DNA of 64,000 nt from Lachnospiraceae bacterium. Lineage in GTDB: Bacteria; Bacillota; Clostridia; Lachnospirales; Lachnospiraceae. The stretch lies in NCBI GenBank assembly GCA_041776485.1, contig JBHBQE010000021.1, positions 27,896 to 91,895 of the forward strand, given 5' to 3'. Position 1 is the stretch's first letter. Each line of letters starts with the position of its first letter. The notes beneath the pieces were generated by a model. It ran no database searches. It was not told where the DNA came from and was given only the letters and a program-made list of their open reading frames with translations. Shown here one piece after another: positions 47,418 to 57,884 of the stretch. The translations under genes and the position numbers were made by a program.

Positions 47418-48017
47418 TTAAACCAGTACACTTTTTATCCCGGCCAACAATTCCTCATAGGTTTCATATGCAGGATATTGGGGATATTCTTTTTTGAGAA
47501 TCTCTGTAGTTCTAAATAAAAATCCAGCCTTACTTTCTAGTATCATACCCAAATCATTATAACTGTCACCGCTTGCTATAGTTTCAAATCCGCAGGCTTG
47601 AAGGGATTTTACGGTTGTTTTCTTGCTTTCGGGACACCTCATTTTAAAGCCCTTTACTTTGTTATTCTCCACAACCAGCTCATTGCAAAACAGGGTGGGG
47701 TAGCCAAGCTTTGCCATAAGGGGCATGGCAAATTGACTAAAGGTGTCACTTATGATGATTACCTGTGTCATAGCCCTTAGTTCATCAAGGAATTCCTTTG
47801 CACCGGGGAATGGCTCGATTTTAGCGATTACATCCTGGATTTCCTTTAACCCCAGGTTGTGTTTGTCCAGCAAATCAATACGGTAAGCCATTAGCTTATT
47901 ATAGTCAGGCTCATCTCTGGTTGTTCGCTTAAATTCCTCTATTCCGGTTACATTTGAGAATGCAATCCATATTTCCGGGACTAACACTCCTTCCATATCA
48001 AGGCATACAATATCCAT
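47418..48017 (-). CDS. thrH: bifunctional phosphoserine phosphatase/homoserine phosphotransferase ThrH
   Basis: [20 protein letters not shown]...TTRDEPDYNKLM...IISDTF...GDSYND is closely similar to ThrH as I recall it from Pseudomonas. Confidence 0.85.
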   Translation of the reverse strand: MDIVCLDMEGVLVPEIWIAFSNVTGIEEFKRTTRDEPDYNKLMAYRIDLLDKHNLGLKEIQDVIAKIEPFPGAKEFLDELRAMTQVIIISDTFSQFAMPLMAKLGYPTLFCNELVVENNKVKGFKMRCPESKKTTVKSLQACGFETIASGDSYNDLGMILESKAGFLFRTTEILKKEYPQYPAYETYEELLAGIKSVLV

Positions 48018-48757
48018 TACTTTACCTTTCCCTGATTTGCCACAGCGTTCATTTTCCGGGCGATTGCTTCCTGATCTCCCAAATAATAATGATTTATGAC
48101 ATTGAAGCTATCGTCAAATTCATAAACCAGAGGAACTGCTGTAGGTATATTTACACCAATAATTTCCTCATTGCTTATATTATCAAAGTATTTTACAAGG
48201 GCACGGAGACTGTTTCCATGGGCGGCGATGATTACACGTTTGCCTTCAAGCATTTTAGGCTTTATTTCTTCATTAAAATAAGGGATTACCCTTTCTATGG
48301 TAGTTTCCAGGGACTCATGATATGGGAGAGCCTCTGTAACATCTCTGTACATAGGCATTTTCTGAGCACATCTGTCATCTCCCGGTTCCAGAGCGGGGGG
48401 CTTTATATCAAAGGAACGGCGCCAGATTTTAACCTGAGCTTCGCCGTATTTTTCAGCTGTTTCAGACTTATTTAATCCCTGAAGCCCGCCATAGTGACGT
48501 TCATTTAATTTCCACGATTTTATAACCGGAAGCCAGCTCCTATCCATTTCGTCAAGAACATGATTAAGGGTATGTATAGCTCTTTTTAAATATGAGGTAT
48601 AGCATATATCGAAGTCATAGCCCTCTTCTTTAAGAGTACGTCCTCCCGCTATTGCCTCCCCATGTCCCTTTTCTGATAGGTCACAGTCCATCCAACCTGT
48701 AAACAGGTTTTCTTTATTCCATTCACTTTCACCGTGGCGTATAAGAACTAACTTCAT
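48017..48757 (-). CDS. gpmA: 2,3-bisphosphoglycerate-dependent phosphoglycerate mutase
   Basis: [23 protein letters not shown] and [10 protein letters not shown] motifs. Confidence 0.93.
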   Translation of the reverse strand: MKLVLIRHGESEWNKENLFTGWMDCDLSEKGHGEAIAGGRTLKEEGYDFDICYTSYLKRAIHTLNHVLDEMDRSWLPVIKSWKLNERHYGGLQGLNKSETAEKYGEAQVKIWRRSFDIKPPALEPGDDRCAQKMPMYRDVTEALPYHESLETTIERVIPYFNEEIKPKMLEGKRVIIAAHGNSLRALVKYFDNISNEEIIGVNIPTAVPLVYEFDDSFNVINHYYLGDQEAIARKMNAVANQGKVK

Positions 48758-48944
48758 AACTTACTCTTGTATATTGAATTCCCGGAGAATTCTCAACTTT
48801 TCCTTTCTTTGAATTTTTAGCTTTGCCTGGAAACTGTAATTTGGAAAATATAATACAGTAAATATTGTTTTTTTGCAAAAAAAAAGAAAATCTGGTTTAA
48901 TATAATTGAAATCGTAAATATTTATATAGCTTTGGGAGGTAAAA

Positions 48945-50735
48945 ATGTCAGATTTTAGCACTAAAACGGTGAGGCAGTCACAAGCTGCGGGGGAGTATAC
49001 AGCCGATTCGGTTCAGGCAAATGATGATAAGCGTATAATACGAAAATTATCCTCTTCTACCCCCCCCCCCACTGGGAAAAGCCAAGTGGCAATGCTGAAT
49101 AAAAAATCCAGACAGTCGGCAATAATTGTGATTATTGCAGTGCTGCTGGTGCCCGTCTTTATAGTTTCTTTTGTTTTGAACACAAGGTATAGCAGACAGG
49201 GTATTGAGAGCGTAGAAGCACTTGAGGACTTTGTGCTTGCCAGTAAGCTTTTGACGGCGGAGGCAAGGTCTTATGCGGTAACTGGAGAAAAAAAGCATTA
49301 TGAGGCATATAATGATGAAATAAATACTGCTAAAAGGAGAGAAAAGTCGAGTGCAACATTGAACATAAATCTGACTGAATCGGATTTTGAAAAGGTATTG
49401 GCTATCGGAGATATTTCAAAGACCTTGGCAGATATGGAGGAAGAATCTTTCAAGAAGGTGGCTGAAAATGATTTGGAGGGTGCCGTTGCAATAATGTATT
49501 CCCCTGAGTATGAAGAGGCGTTGGTGAAGATAGATGAGCTTGATTCTGAGATAAGACGTTTGACCGAGGATTACATATATTCAAAAATCACTGTGATTAC
49601 CATAATAGAGTGGATTATATTATTAATTTTCCTGTTCGTATTCGGTAAAATTATTCTGCAGCTTAAGTCTGTAATAAAATTTGCCAGAAAGGATTTGCTG
49701 GAGCCTATAACGATTGTCAGTCAGGATATGCAGCAGCTTGCAATCGGAAATATGTCCACAGTTTTACCGTTGGAGGCAGATGAGTCAGAAGTGGGAATAA
49801 TGGTTAAATCTATAGGCACCATGAAGCATCAATTGAGAGAAATAATAAAGGAAATTGGAGATACTCTGGAGCAAATGGGAGCAGGAAATTACAATATTAA
49901 TCCCAAGCAGGATTATGTAGGGGAGTATTCTGTCATTAAAACTTCATTTTTGGATATATGCGAAAAAATGAAAGAGACCTTGACAACCATTCGTCAGGTA
50001 TCCAGTGAAATAGACAGCGGATCCGCACAGCTTGCCAGCGCGGCAGAGGATTTGGCAGGCGGATCCAATGAACAGGCAATTCAGGTTGCAGGGCTTGTGA
50101 GTACGATTAATGACATGACAGAAACTATGGAAAGTAGCGCAAAAAGAGCAGAGGAAACAGTTGATATATCTAATCTGGCGGGAGAAACTCTTAAACGCGG
50201 AAATTCTAAAATGGAGGAGCTAAAAATAGCAATTACAGAAATTGCCGATTGCTCAGAACAGATATCAACAATTATCGGAGCCATAGAGGATATTGCCAAT
50301 CAGACCAATCTGCTGTCCTTAAATGCTGCAATTGAAGCGGCACGTGCGGGAGAAGCCGGGAAGGGGTTTGCTGTAGTTGCTGAGCAGGTTAAGATTTTGG
50401 CTGAGGAGTCCGAAAAGGCGGCAGGACGTACTACAACGCTAATTGAAACTACTTTAGAAGCTGTTCAAAAGGGAATTGGTGTAGCGGACGAAACCGCGTT
50501 GAATATGAATGAGGTGCTGTCCGCTACCAACGAAGCAATTGAGCGCATGAGAGAGATTTCAGGTGTGCTCAAGGCTGATGCAGAGCGTATGAGCGGATTG
50601 CACAGCAGTATAAGTAAGGTTTCGGAAATTGTAGACTCAAATTCAGCAACTTCTGAGGAAACTGCAGCAATATCCCAGGAACAAAAGGCTCAGGTAGAAA
50701 ATATGGTAAATCTTATGAGCTGTTTTGAGGTATAA
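48945..50735 (+). CDS. methyl-accepting chemotaxis protein (helical sensor, HAMP, MA domain)
   Basis: GGGAGG (48934-48939) lies 5 nt upstream of the ATG. TM1 [21 protein letters not shown]2 [20 protein letters not shown]. Tip motif [34 protein letters not shown]. Confidence 0.9.
   Translation: MSDFSTKTVRQSQAAGEYTADSVQANDDKRIIRKLSSSTPPPTGKSQVAMLNKKSRQSAIIVIIAVLLVPVFIVSFVLNTRYSRQGIESVEALEDFVLASKLLTAEARSYAVTGEKKHYEAYNDEINTAKRREKSSATLNINLTESDFEKVLAIGDISKTLADMEEESFKKVAENDLEGAVAIMYSPEYEEALVKIDELDSEIRRLTEDYIYSKITVITIIEWIILLIFLFVFGKIILQLKSVIKFARKDLLEPITIVSQDMQQLAIGNMSTVLPLEADESEVGIMVKSIGTMKHQLREIIKEIGDTLEQMGAGNYNINPKQDYVGEYSVIKTSFLDICEKMKETLTTIRQVSSEIDSGSAQLASAAEDLAGGSNEQAIQVAGLVSTINDMTETMESSAKRAEETVDISNLAGETLKRGNSKMEELKIAITEIADCSEQISTIIGAIEDIANQTNLLSLNAAIEAARAGEAGKGFAVVAEQVKILAEESEKAAGRTTTLIETTLEAVQKGIGVADETALNMNEVLSATNEAIERMREISGVLKADAERMSGLHSSISKVSEIVDSNSATSEETAAISQEQKAQVENMVNLMSCFEV
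49060..49070 (+). repeat. C11 homopolymer inside the 5' part of the second chemoreceptor gene (in frame, encodes T-P-P-P)
   Basis: Counted directly: c49060-c49070, flanked by a49059 and a49071. It lies 115 nt after ATG 48945 and 22 nt before an internal ATG at 49092. Confidence 0.9.
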
Positions 50736-50763
50736 TAGTATTGTGAATGCGGATATGTTTTGT

Positions 50764-50791
50764 AGGGGTCGGCATTTGCCGACCCCTGTTT
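50764..50791 (+). terminator. Rho-independent terminator after the chemoreceptor gene
   Basis: AGGGGTCGGCA / TGCCGACCCCT form an 11-bp GC-rich stem (50764-50787), followed by GTTT. Confidence 0.75.
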
Positions 50792-50837
50792 ACAGGCGGT
50801 AATATTTCATATTTTGTTGCAAAGAAAGGGAAACTCT

Positions 50838-52109
50838 ATGCTGTTAATTAAAAATGGCAGAATATTAAATCCGGCAAGTGGTACAGATGAAATTTTGGAT
50901 ATATTAGTGGACGATGGAATCATTCATGGAATCGGAAATAATTTGCCGTCTATAGGGACGGAAATTATAAATGCCGATGGTAAGTGGGTTTTCCCCGGAT
51001 TTATAGATTTACATTGTCATTTGCGTGATCCGGGACAGACTTATAAGGAGGATATAATAACAGGGGCAAGTGCTGCTGCTCATGGCGGGTTTACCAGTAT
51101 TGCCTGTATGCCCAATACTGACCCTGTATGTGACAGTGTGGAGATTGTAGAATATATATTAAACAAAGGCAAATCAGCAGCAGTAAATATTTTGCCTATA
51201 GCCTCAATTACAAAGGGTATGAGGGGTGAAGAAATTACTGATATAGAGGCATTGGTATCAGCAGGTGCCTGCGCTGTTTCTGAGGATGGGAAAAGTGTTA
51301 TGAGTGCCAAAATCTTAAGAGAGGCTATGAGAAAATCCGGGGAATTAAATATTCCGGTTATGTCCCATTGCGAGGATATTTCTCTTATGGGAGGTGTGAT
51401 GAATGAAGGCGTAAGGGCAGAGGAGCTGGGATTAGAAGGAATACCCGAGGTTTGCGAAGATATTATTGCCATTCGTGATGTGCTTTTGGCAAAGGATACA
51501 GGGGCAAAACTTCATTTATGCCACAATTCAACTAAAAACAGTTATCAGGTCATACATTTTGGCAAATCCATTGGGGTGGATATTTCAGGTGAAATATGCC
51601 CTCACCACTTTACACTTAGCGATGAGGATATACCTGATAAGGATAACGGGAACTATAAAATGAGTCCCCCCTTGCGAAGTAAATCAACTGTAGAGATACT
51701 AAAAAAGGGGCTTTCTGATAATACGTATTCAGTTATAGCCACAGACCACGCTCCTCACAGTATGGAGGAGAAATCCAAAGGAATGGAAGGTTCGCCTAAT
51801 GGAATAGTTGGGCTTGAGACAGCAGCCGCATTAACCTATACTATGTTGGTAAAGACAGGGTGTTTATCACCGCTTCAAATGGCAGAGAGATTAAGCAGTT
51901 ATCCCGCTAAAATCCTAGGAATAGACAGAGGAGATATTAGTCTGGGAAAAATTGCAGATATAACAATCTTTGACCCTGAGGTGGAGTATGAGATAAAGGA
52001 AAGCGACCTGGTGTCTAAAAGTAAAAATATGCCCTATTCAGGGATGAAAGTACAAGGCAGAGTATGCTGCACCATAGTTTCCGGGAATATTGTATATACA
52101 GGTGATTAA
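50838..52109 (+). CDS. pyrC: dihydroorotase
   Basis: DLHCHLRDPG and TDHAPH motifs. ATG 50838 (MLLIKNGRIL) is preferred over the track's TTG 50814. Confidence 0.92.
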   Translation: MLLIKNGRILNPASGTDEILDILVDDGIIHGIGNNLPSIGTEIINADGKWVFPGFIDLHCHLRDPGQTYKEDIITGASAAAHGGFTSIACMPNTDPVCDSVEIVEYILNKGKSAAVNILPIASITKGMRGEEITDIEALVSAGACAVSEDGKSVMSAKILREAMRKSGELNIPVMSHCEDISLMGGVMNEGVRAEELGLEGIPEVCEDIIAIRDVLLAKDTGAKLHLCHNSTKNSYQVIHFGKSIGVDISGEICPHHFTLSDEDIPDKDNGNYKMSPPLRSKSTVEILKKGLSDNTYSVIATDHAPHSMEEKSKGMEGSPNGIVGLETAAALTYTMLVKTGCLSPLQMAERLSSYPAKILGIDRGDISLGKIADITIFDPEVEYEIKESDLVSKSKNMPYSGMKVQGRVCCTIVSGNIVYTGD

Positions 52110-52127
52110 TTAAACGGGGAGAGGAAT

Positions 52128-53039
52128 ATGATAGAAAGATTAATGGAAAAAATTGACAGGCTGAATGCGCCTGTGGTGGTGGGGCTTGACCCGGACATGT
52201 CATTTTTACCCAAACATATTTTAAATAAAAATATCGAAACCTATGGAGAGAATCTTAAGGCTGTTGGTGAATCCTTATTTGAATATAACAGGCTTTTAAT
52301 AGACTCGGTTTATGATATTATTCCGGCAATAAAACCTCAGATTGCCATGTATGAGCAATTTGGTATCCCCGGACTTATTGCCTTTAGGCAAACTATAGAT
52401 TATGCCAAAAAGAAGGGTTTATTTGTAATAGGAGATGTTAAAAGAGGGGATATTGGAAGCACATCGTCTGCTTATGCCAGAGCACATCTTGGAAGCATTA
52501 GGGTGGGGAATTCAAAAATCCATCCCTTTGATGAGGATATGGCAACAGTCAATCCATATTTGGGGAGTGACGGAATAGTTCCGTTTATAGATGTGTGTAG
52601 ATATGAAGACCGTGGTATATTTGTATTAGTTAAAACAAGCAATCCCTCCAGCGGTGAGCTGCAGGATCTGATAGTTGATGGGAAGCCGATATATGAGCAC
52701 GTTGCAGAGCTGGTAAAAAGACTTGGAGAGGATTTGATTCGTGACGAATATTCGGATATTGGAGCTGTAGTGGGGGCTACCTACCCCGAAATGGGAGAGA
52801 GACTGAGAAAGCTTATGCCAAACACTTTTATACTTGTGCCGGGTTATGGTGCTCAAGGTGCTTCCGGTAAGGACTTAAAGGGATTTTTTGATAAGGATAA
52901 AAGAGGTGCGATTATTAATTCCTCAAGGGGAATTATAGCAGCCTATAAAAATGAAAAATATTCTTTTTTCGGTGAGGAAAATTTTGATGAGGCGGCAAGG
53001 GCTGCTGTAGTGGATATGATAAAGGATATTGTGGAGTAA
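52128..53039 (+). CDS. pyrF: orotidine 5'-phosphate decarboxylase (long, type 2 form)
   Basis: VVGLDP and IGDVKRGDIGST motifs. About 300 aa. Pyr operon context. Confidence 0.9.
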   Translation: MIERLMEKIDRLNAPVVVGLDPDMSFLPKHILNKNIETYGENLKAVGESLFEYNRLLIDSVYDIIPAIKPQIAMYEQFGIPGLIAFRQTIDYAKKKGLFVIGDVKRGDIGSTSSAYARAHLGSIRVGNSKIHPFDEDMATVNPYLGSDGIVPFIDVCRYEDRGIFVLVKTSNPSSGELQDLIVDGKPIYEHVAELVKRLGEDLIRDEYSDIGAVVGATYPEMGERLRKLMPNTFILVPGYGAQGASGKDLKGFFDKDKRGAIINSSRGIIAAYKNEKYSFFGEENFDEAARAAVVDMIKDIVE

Positions 53040-53042
53040 CAG

Positions 53043-53816
53043 ATGGGGAGCGGGGCTATATTAGAGGGTATAGTAGTTAGACAGGAGGAAATATCCTCGG
53101 GTATTTTCAGCCTTTTGCTGGAGATTGACGGTGCAGCTCCTGCATATCCCGGACAGTTTTTTAATTTATATACAGGGGATAATGCTCATTTACTGCCAAG
53201 ACCCATCAGTATCGCATATATAGATAATAAAAATAAGCAGTATAGATTTGTATATCAGGTAAAGGGTTTTGGAACAAAGGAATTTACGGAATTAAAATCC
53301 GGCGGAAAAATCAATGTTATGGGACCTTTAGGCAACGGATTTCCCGATGATATAGAGGATGAGAAAATAGTTCTGGTGGGAGGCGGCATGGGAGTTGCCC
53401 CTTTACTGCCATTGGCAAATATTTTTAAAGATAGGTCAGTTGTTGTGCTTGGATATAGAGATACACCATTTTTAAAAAATGAATTTTCAGAAACGGGAGC
53501 AAAGCTCAGCATAGCAACAGAAACAGGGATAGAGGGAACACATGGCAATGTAATTGATGTTTTACAAACAAAAGGCATACAGAATATAACCTGTCTTGCC
53601 TGCGGTCCCACACCCATGCTCAAAGCCTTATGCCGGTATTCCAAAGAAAACGGACTGAATACATATATTTCTCTGGAGGAGAGAATGGCATGCGGATTAG
53701 GAGCATGTCTTGGCTGTGTAACAAATGCGACAGAGGAAAATGAACACTATAGAGTAAAAAAGCTGTGTGTATGTAAGGACGGTCCGGTTTTTAATATGGC
53801 AAAGGTGATTATATGA
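53043..53816 (+). CDS. pyrK: dihydroorotate dehydrogenase electron-transfer subunit
   Basis: FAD/NAD-binding fold (RPISI, GPLGNGF, GGGMGVAPL). C-terminal 2Fe-2S cysteines MACGLGACLGCV...CVCKDGP. Confidence 0.9.
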   Translation: MGSGAILEGIVVRQEEISSGIFSLLLEIDGAAPAYPGQFFNLYTGDNAHLLPRPISIAYIDNKNKQYRFVYQVKGFGTKEFTELKSGGKINVMGPLGNGFPDDIEDEKIVLVGGGMGVAPLLPLANIFKDRSVVVLGYRDTPFLKNEFSETGAKLSIATETGIEGTHGNVIDVLQTKGIQNITCLACGPTPMLKALCRYSKENGLNTYISLEERMACGLGACLGCVTNATEENEHYRVKKLCVCKDGPVFNMAKVII

Positions 53817-54715
53817 GCAGATTGAATACAAACATTGCCGGCATAGAATTTAAAAATCCCATAATGGGAGCATCGGGGACATTTGCAAATGGCATAGAAT
53901 ATGGGGAGTACATGGATTTAAACAGCCTTGGGGCTATTGTTACCAAGGGAGTATCTCCAACCCCCTGGGAGGGTAATCCTACCCCTAGAATATGTGAAAC
54001 CCCCGCAGGGATGTTAAATGCCATAGGATTGCAAAATCCTGGGGTGGAGGCATTTATTAAAAATGATTTAGGTTTTCTGGAGGGAATTGATACAAATATC
54101 ATTGTTAATGTTTGCGGTCATAGTGATGGTGAATACTTAGAGGTGATTGAAAAATTAAATGATAAAGGAGTAGATGCTTTTGAAATTAATGTTTCCTGCC
54201 CCAATGTAAAGGAGGGTGGGATACTTTTTGGCACTGATCCTAAAAGGCTTTTTGAAATAACCTCAAAGATAGCAGAAGCTTCAAAAAAGCCTGTTGTTAT
54301 AAAGCTAAGTCCCAATGTAACCGACATTAAGGAAATGGCAAGGGCAGCAGAGGCTGGAGGAGCGGATATAATTTCCTTAATCAATACCCTTATAGGAATG
54401 AAAATAGATGTGCATAAAAGAGACTTTGCACTGGCAAATAAAACAGGAGGTTTGTCAGGTCCCGCCATACATCCGGTGGCGGTGCGTATGGTATATGAAG
54501 TGAGAAATGCTGTAAAGATTCCGATTATTGGGATGGGTGGGATAGCGGACTACGAGGACGCCTTGGAGCTTATAATGGCAGGGGCAAGTGCTGTTATGGT
54601 TGGGACCTCTACTTTTCATAACCCCAATACCATGATAGATATAATAGGGGCTATGAATCAATATTTATTAGACAATAATATAGATAATATAAGTGAACTT
54701 GTAGGAATAGTTTGA
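53813..54715 (+). CDS. pyrD: dihydroorotate dehydrogenase B catalytic subunit
   Basis: NPIMGASGTF, NAIGLQNPG, NVSCPN and GGLSG motifs. Confidence 0.93.
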   Translation: MSRLNTNIAGIEFKNPIMGASGTFANGIEYGEYMDLNSLGAIVTKGVSPTPWEGNPTPRICETPAGMLNAIGLQNPGVEAFIKNDLGFLEGIDTNIIVNVCGHSDGEYLEVIEKLNDKGVDAFEINVSCPNVKEGGILFGTDPKRLFEITSKIAEASKKPVVIKLSPNVTDIKEMARAAEAGGADIISLINTLIGMKIDVHKRDFALANKTGGLSGPAIHPVAVRMVYEVRNAVKIPIIGMGGIADYEDALELIMAGASAVMVGTSTFHNPNTMIDIIGAMNQYLLDNNIDNISELVGIV

Positions 54716-54731
54716 TTAAAGGAGGAAAGGT

Positions 54732-55412
54732 ATGGAGGCATATAAGGAGGAGTTTATACATTTTATGATAGATTCCGAGGTACTGAAATTTGGAGATTTT
54801 GTCACAAAAAGCGGCAGAAATACTCCTTTTTTTATTAATGCGGGGAATTTTTCCACCGGAAAGCAATTATCCTTGTTGGGCAAATTCTATGCCCAAAGTA
54901 TAATGGATAATTTTAAAGAAGAGATAAAGGAGGGTTTTGATTTACTCTTTGGCCCTGCCTATAAGGGAATTCCTTTGGCTTGTGCTACAGCTATTGCCTT
55001 GACAGAACAAGGAATAAATGTAAAATATGCTGCCAACAGAAAGGAAGATAAGAATCACGGAGAGGGTGGAAAGCTCCTTGGAGGTCCTATAGAGCCGGGG
55101 GAGAGAGTTCTGATAATTGAGGACGTAACCACGGCAGGCACCTCTATAAGAGAGACCTATCCGATAATTAATAAATCCGGTCATGTGAGGGTATTTGGTC
55201 TGGTGGTTTGTGTGGACAGAATGGAAAGAGGTACAGGGCATATTTCAGCTATGGATGAAATTGAAAGGGATTTTTCTCTAAAGGCACATCCTATTGTAAA
55301 TATGGAGGAAATAGTTTGTGTTTTACATAACAGACCCTATAATGGAAACATAATAATTGACGATAAAATCAAGGCAAAAATAGACGAATACTATAATATT
55401 TACGGGGTATAG
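54732..55412 (+). CDS. pyrE: orotate phosphoribosyltransferase
   Basis: PRPP-binding motif VLIIEDVTTAGTS. FKSGR-like VTKSGRNTPFF. Confidence 0.9.
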   Translation: MEAYKEEFIHFMIDSEVLKFGDFVTKSGRNTPFFINAGNFSTGKQLSLLGKFYAQSIMDNFKEEIKEGFDLLFGPAYKGIPLACATAIALTEQGINVKYAANRKEDKNHGEGGKLLGGPIEPGERVLIIEDVTTAGTSIRETYPIINKSGHVRVFGLVVCVDRMERGTGHISAMDEIERDFSLKAHPIVNMEEIVCVLHNRPYNGNIIIDDKIKAKIDEYYNIYGV

Positions 55413-55414
55413 AT

Positions 55415-55735
55415 TTGGCAAGAAGAAGACGGATTGAAAAGAAATTACAATTTTCCATGGAAAACATTATTTCCATATTGGCAGGAATATTTATTTTACT
55501 GCTTCTTCCAGCGGCTGCATTTATTTGGAAACAAAATAATGAAATTTTATTAAGGATTATATCTGCTTTAGGGACAGTTTGTATTCTTGCGTCGGGGATA
55601 AATATAATGGTTTCTCTCAGAGAAGTAAATAATCAGGAGCATTCTCTTTTCGGGAGGATATTGGCTGTAATATGTTCCTTTGGAGGATTTTTAGCCTGGG
55701 TATGGGTATATTTAACAGGATTAGCCATACTTTGA
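55415..55735 (+). CDS. hypothetical membrane protein (106 aa; TTG start uncertain)
   Basis: Three hydrophobic helices. No motif. Confidence 0.4.
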   Translation: MARRRRIEKKLQFSMENIISILAGIFILLLLPAAAFIWKQNNEILLRIISALGTVCILASGINIMVSLREVNNQEHSLFGRILAVICSFGGFLAWVWVYLTGLAIL

Positions 55736-55815
55736 CAGTGGGGTAATCTAGTGATAAAGTAAACCTTGTTGTTTTGTATTAATTTTAAGTATATATATTG
55801 TGAAAGGTGAGTAAA

Positions 55816-56805
55816 ATGACTGAATACGGTTTTGGAAGCATGATTGATAAGCTAAGGGAAAATCCTAAAACAATTGTCTTTACAGAGGGAACTGACCCAA
55901 GGATTTTGGAGGCAACCTCAAGACTTTTAGCAGGTACATTCCTTTCTCCTGTTTTAGTTGGTGAGGAAAAGGAGGTTTTAGCTGCGGCAGAAAAGGTTGG
56001 CTACAATATTAGGGGTGCCAGAATTATTAGCCCGGAATCCTATGAGCGCATGGATGAAATGATAGATATGTTCTGTGAGCTTAGAAAATCCAAAGGAGTT
56101 ACAAGAGAAGAAGCGGAAAAAATCCTTAAAAAGGGTAATTACTTTGGAACAATGCTGGTAAAAATGGGTGAGGCAGATGCGTTATTGGGAGGTGCCACAT
56201 ATTCCACAGCAGATACAGTTCGTCCCGCATTGCAGCTTATAAAGACAAAACCTGAAGCAAGTATGGTTAGCTCCTGCTTTATTTTGGTTCGTTCGGCTGC
56301 TTCCGGCGACAATGAACTTTTAGCAATGGCAGATTGCGCTATCAATATAAAACCTACGGAAGATGAATTAGTGGAAATTTGCGGCGAAACTGCTGAATGT
56401 GCAAAAATATTTGGAATTGAGCCTAAAATCGCATTTTTAAGCTATTCTACAGCCGGCTCCGGCAAGGGGGAGGAAGTAGATAAAATGAAAAACGCAGCCG
56501 AAAAAGCAAAGAAAAAATACCCGGAGCTGGAAATAGAGGGTGAAATTCAGTTTGACGCAGCGGTAAATCCCAGAGTTGCTCAAACCAAAATTAAGGACTC
56601 GACAGTGGCGGGCTATGCTAATACCTTTATTTTCCCGGATATAAATGCCGGAAATATCGGCTATAAAATTGCTCAAAGACTTGGAAATTTTGACGCTTAT
56701 GGACCTATATTGCTGGGACTTAATGCACCTATCAATGATTTATCCCGTGGCTGCAATGCTTTGGAGGTATACTCTATGGCAATTATAACAGCTGCATTAT
56801 CTTAA
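55816..56805 (+). CDS. pta: phosphate acetyltransferase
   Basis: IVFTEGTDPRILEA, GGATYSTADTVRPALQ and DLSRG motifs. AGGTGA lies 5 nt before ATG 55816. Confidence 0.92.
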   Translation: MTEYGFGSMIDKLRENPKTIVFTEGTDPRILEATSRLLAGTFLSPVLVGEEKEVLAAAEKVGYNIRGARIISPESYERMDEMIDMFCELRKSKGVTREEAEKILKKGNYFGTMLVKMGEADALLGGATYSTADTVRPALQLIKTKPEASMVSSCFILVRSAASGDNELLAMADCAINIKPTEDELVEICGETAECAKIFGIEPKIAFLSYSTAGSGKGEEVDKMKNAAEKAKKKYPELEIEGEIQFDAAVNPRVAQTKIKDSTVAGYANTFIFPDINAGNIGYKIAQRLGNFDAYGPILLGLNAPINDLSRGCNALEVYSMAIITAALS

Positions 56806-57884
56806 TGATTGAAAATATTAATATAAAGGAAACAGACAGTTTCCAAAGAAATGATAAAAATGGCTATATTATAGCTATGAGCGGCGGAGTTGACAGCTCC
56901 GTCGCAGTTTTTCTGCTGCAAAAAAGGGGAGTTCCCCTTGAGGGCATATCCCTTAGACTTACTGAGGAATTTCAAGACAGTGATGCAAAAGCTGCGGCAA
57001 ATATTTTGGGAATCCCCCATGAAACCTTAGATTTAAGAAATTACTTTTGTGATAAAATAATAAATAATTTTATTAGTGAATATGAGGCAGGAAGAACCCC
57101 TAATCCGTGTATTACCTGTAATAAATATGTGAAATTTAAAGAACTTCTGGTGATTGCAGAAAAAAAGGGTTACCACGGTGTAGCCACAGGCCACTATGCC
57201 AGGATAGTTAAGGATTTAAATACCGGAAAGCTGTTGCTTAAAAAGGCAAAAAATATATCCAAGGATCAAAGCTATGTGTTGTATAATTTATCTCAGGCGG
57301 ACTTAGCCAGAGTGTTCTTTCCTTTGGGAGAGCTTACCAAAGAGGAGGTCAGAAAAATTGCCAGAGATATCAATTTGGGCAACGCAGAAAAATCCGACAG
57401 TCAGGATATTTGTTTTATTCCCGATGGAGATTATGTAGATTTTATCAAAAAATATAAAAATACTTCCTATCCTGCCGGTGATATTATAGATACAAAGGGG
57501 AATGTGCTGGGACAGCACAAGGGCGCCATTTGCTATACTCTTGGACAGAGGAAGGGTCTGGGGATAGCAGTGGGGAAACCTATTTTTGTATGTGATAAGG
57601 ATATGAGATCAAATACAATTACCGTGGGTGATGAAAGAAAGCTTTTTAAAGAGGAAGTTTATGTAAAGGATTTAAACTGGATAGCTATAGATAAGTGTAC
57701 AGAACCGTTTAAAGCCATGGCAAAACTACGCTATAGCCAAAAAGAGGCAGAAGTAATTGTATATCCTGTCGATGAAGATAAAATTAAACTTGTATTTAAT
57801 AATCCCCAAAGAGCACCTGCTCCGGGTCAGGCTGCCGTGATATATCAAAATGATATTGTAGTGGGAGGAGGAACTATAATCTAA
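56805..57884 (+). CDS. mnmA: tRNA 2-thiouridine(34) synthase
   Basis: PP-loop AMSGGVDSS, PNPCITCN, KDQSYVL and GQRKGLG. Confidence 0.93.
   Translation: MIENINIKETDSFQRNDKNGYIIAMSGGVDSSVAVFLLQKRGVPLEGISLRLTEEFQDSDAKAAANILGIPHETLDLRNYFCDKIINNFISEYEAGRTPNPCITCNKYVKFKELLVIAEKKGYHGVATGHYARIVKDLNTGKLLLKKAKNISKDQSYVLYNLSQADLARVFFPLGELTKEEVRKIARDINLGNAEKSDSQDICFIPDGDYVDFIKKYKNTSYPAGDIIDTKGNVLGQHKGAICYTLGQRKGLGIAVGKPIFVCDKDMRSNTITVGDERKLFKEEVYVKDLNWIAIDKCTEPFKAMAKLRYSQKEAEVIVYPVDEDKIKLVFNNPQRAPAPGQAAVIYQNDIVVGGGTII

Noticed and set aside
47954-48475. 173-aa plus-strand ORF
   Set aside because: It is antisense to gpmA, which has canonical RHGESEWN motifs.
48868-48885. T7-GC-A9 palindrome upstream of the second MCP
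   Set aside because: It is a pure A/T hairpin of negligible stability in a divergent promoter region. It is more likely an A-tract or UP-element-like feature than a discrete element.
50736-50837. PyrR-type attenuator upstream of pyrC
   Set aside because: The only strong hairpin (50764-50787) directly follows the MCP stop and reads as its terminator. I saw no PyrR binding-loop-like sequence.
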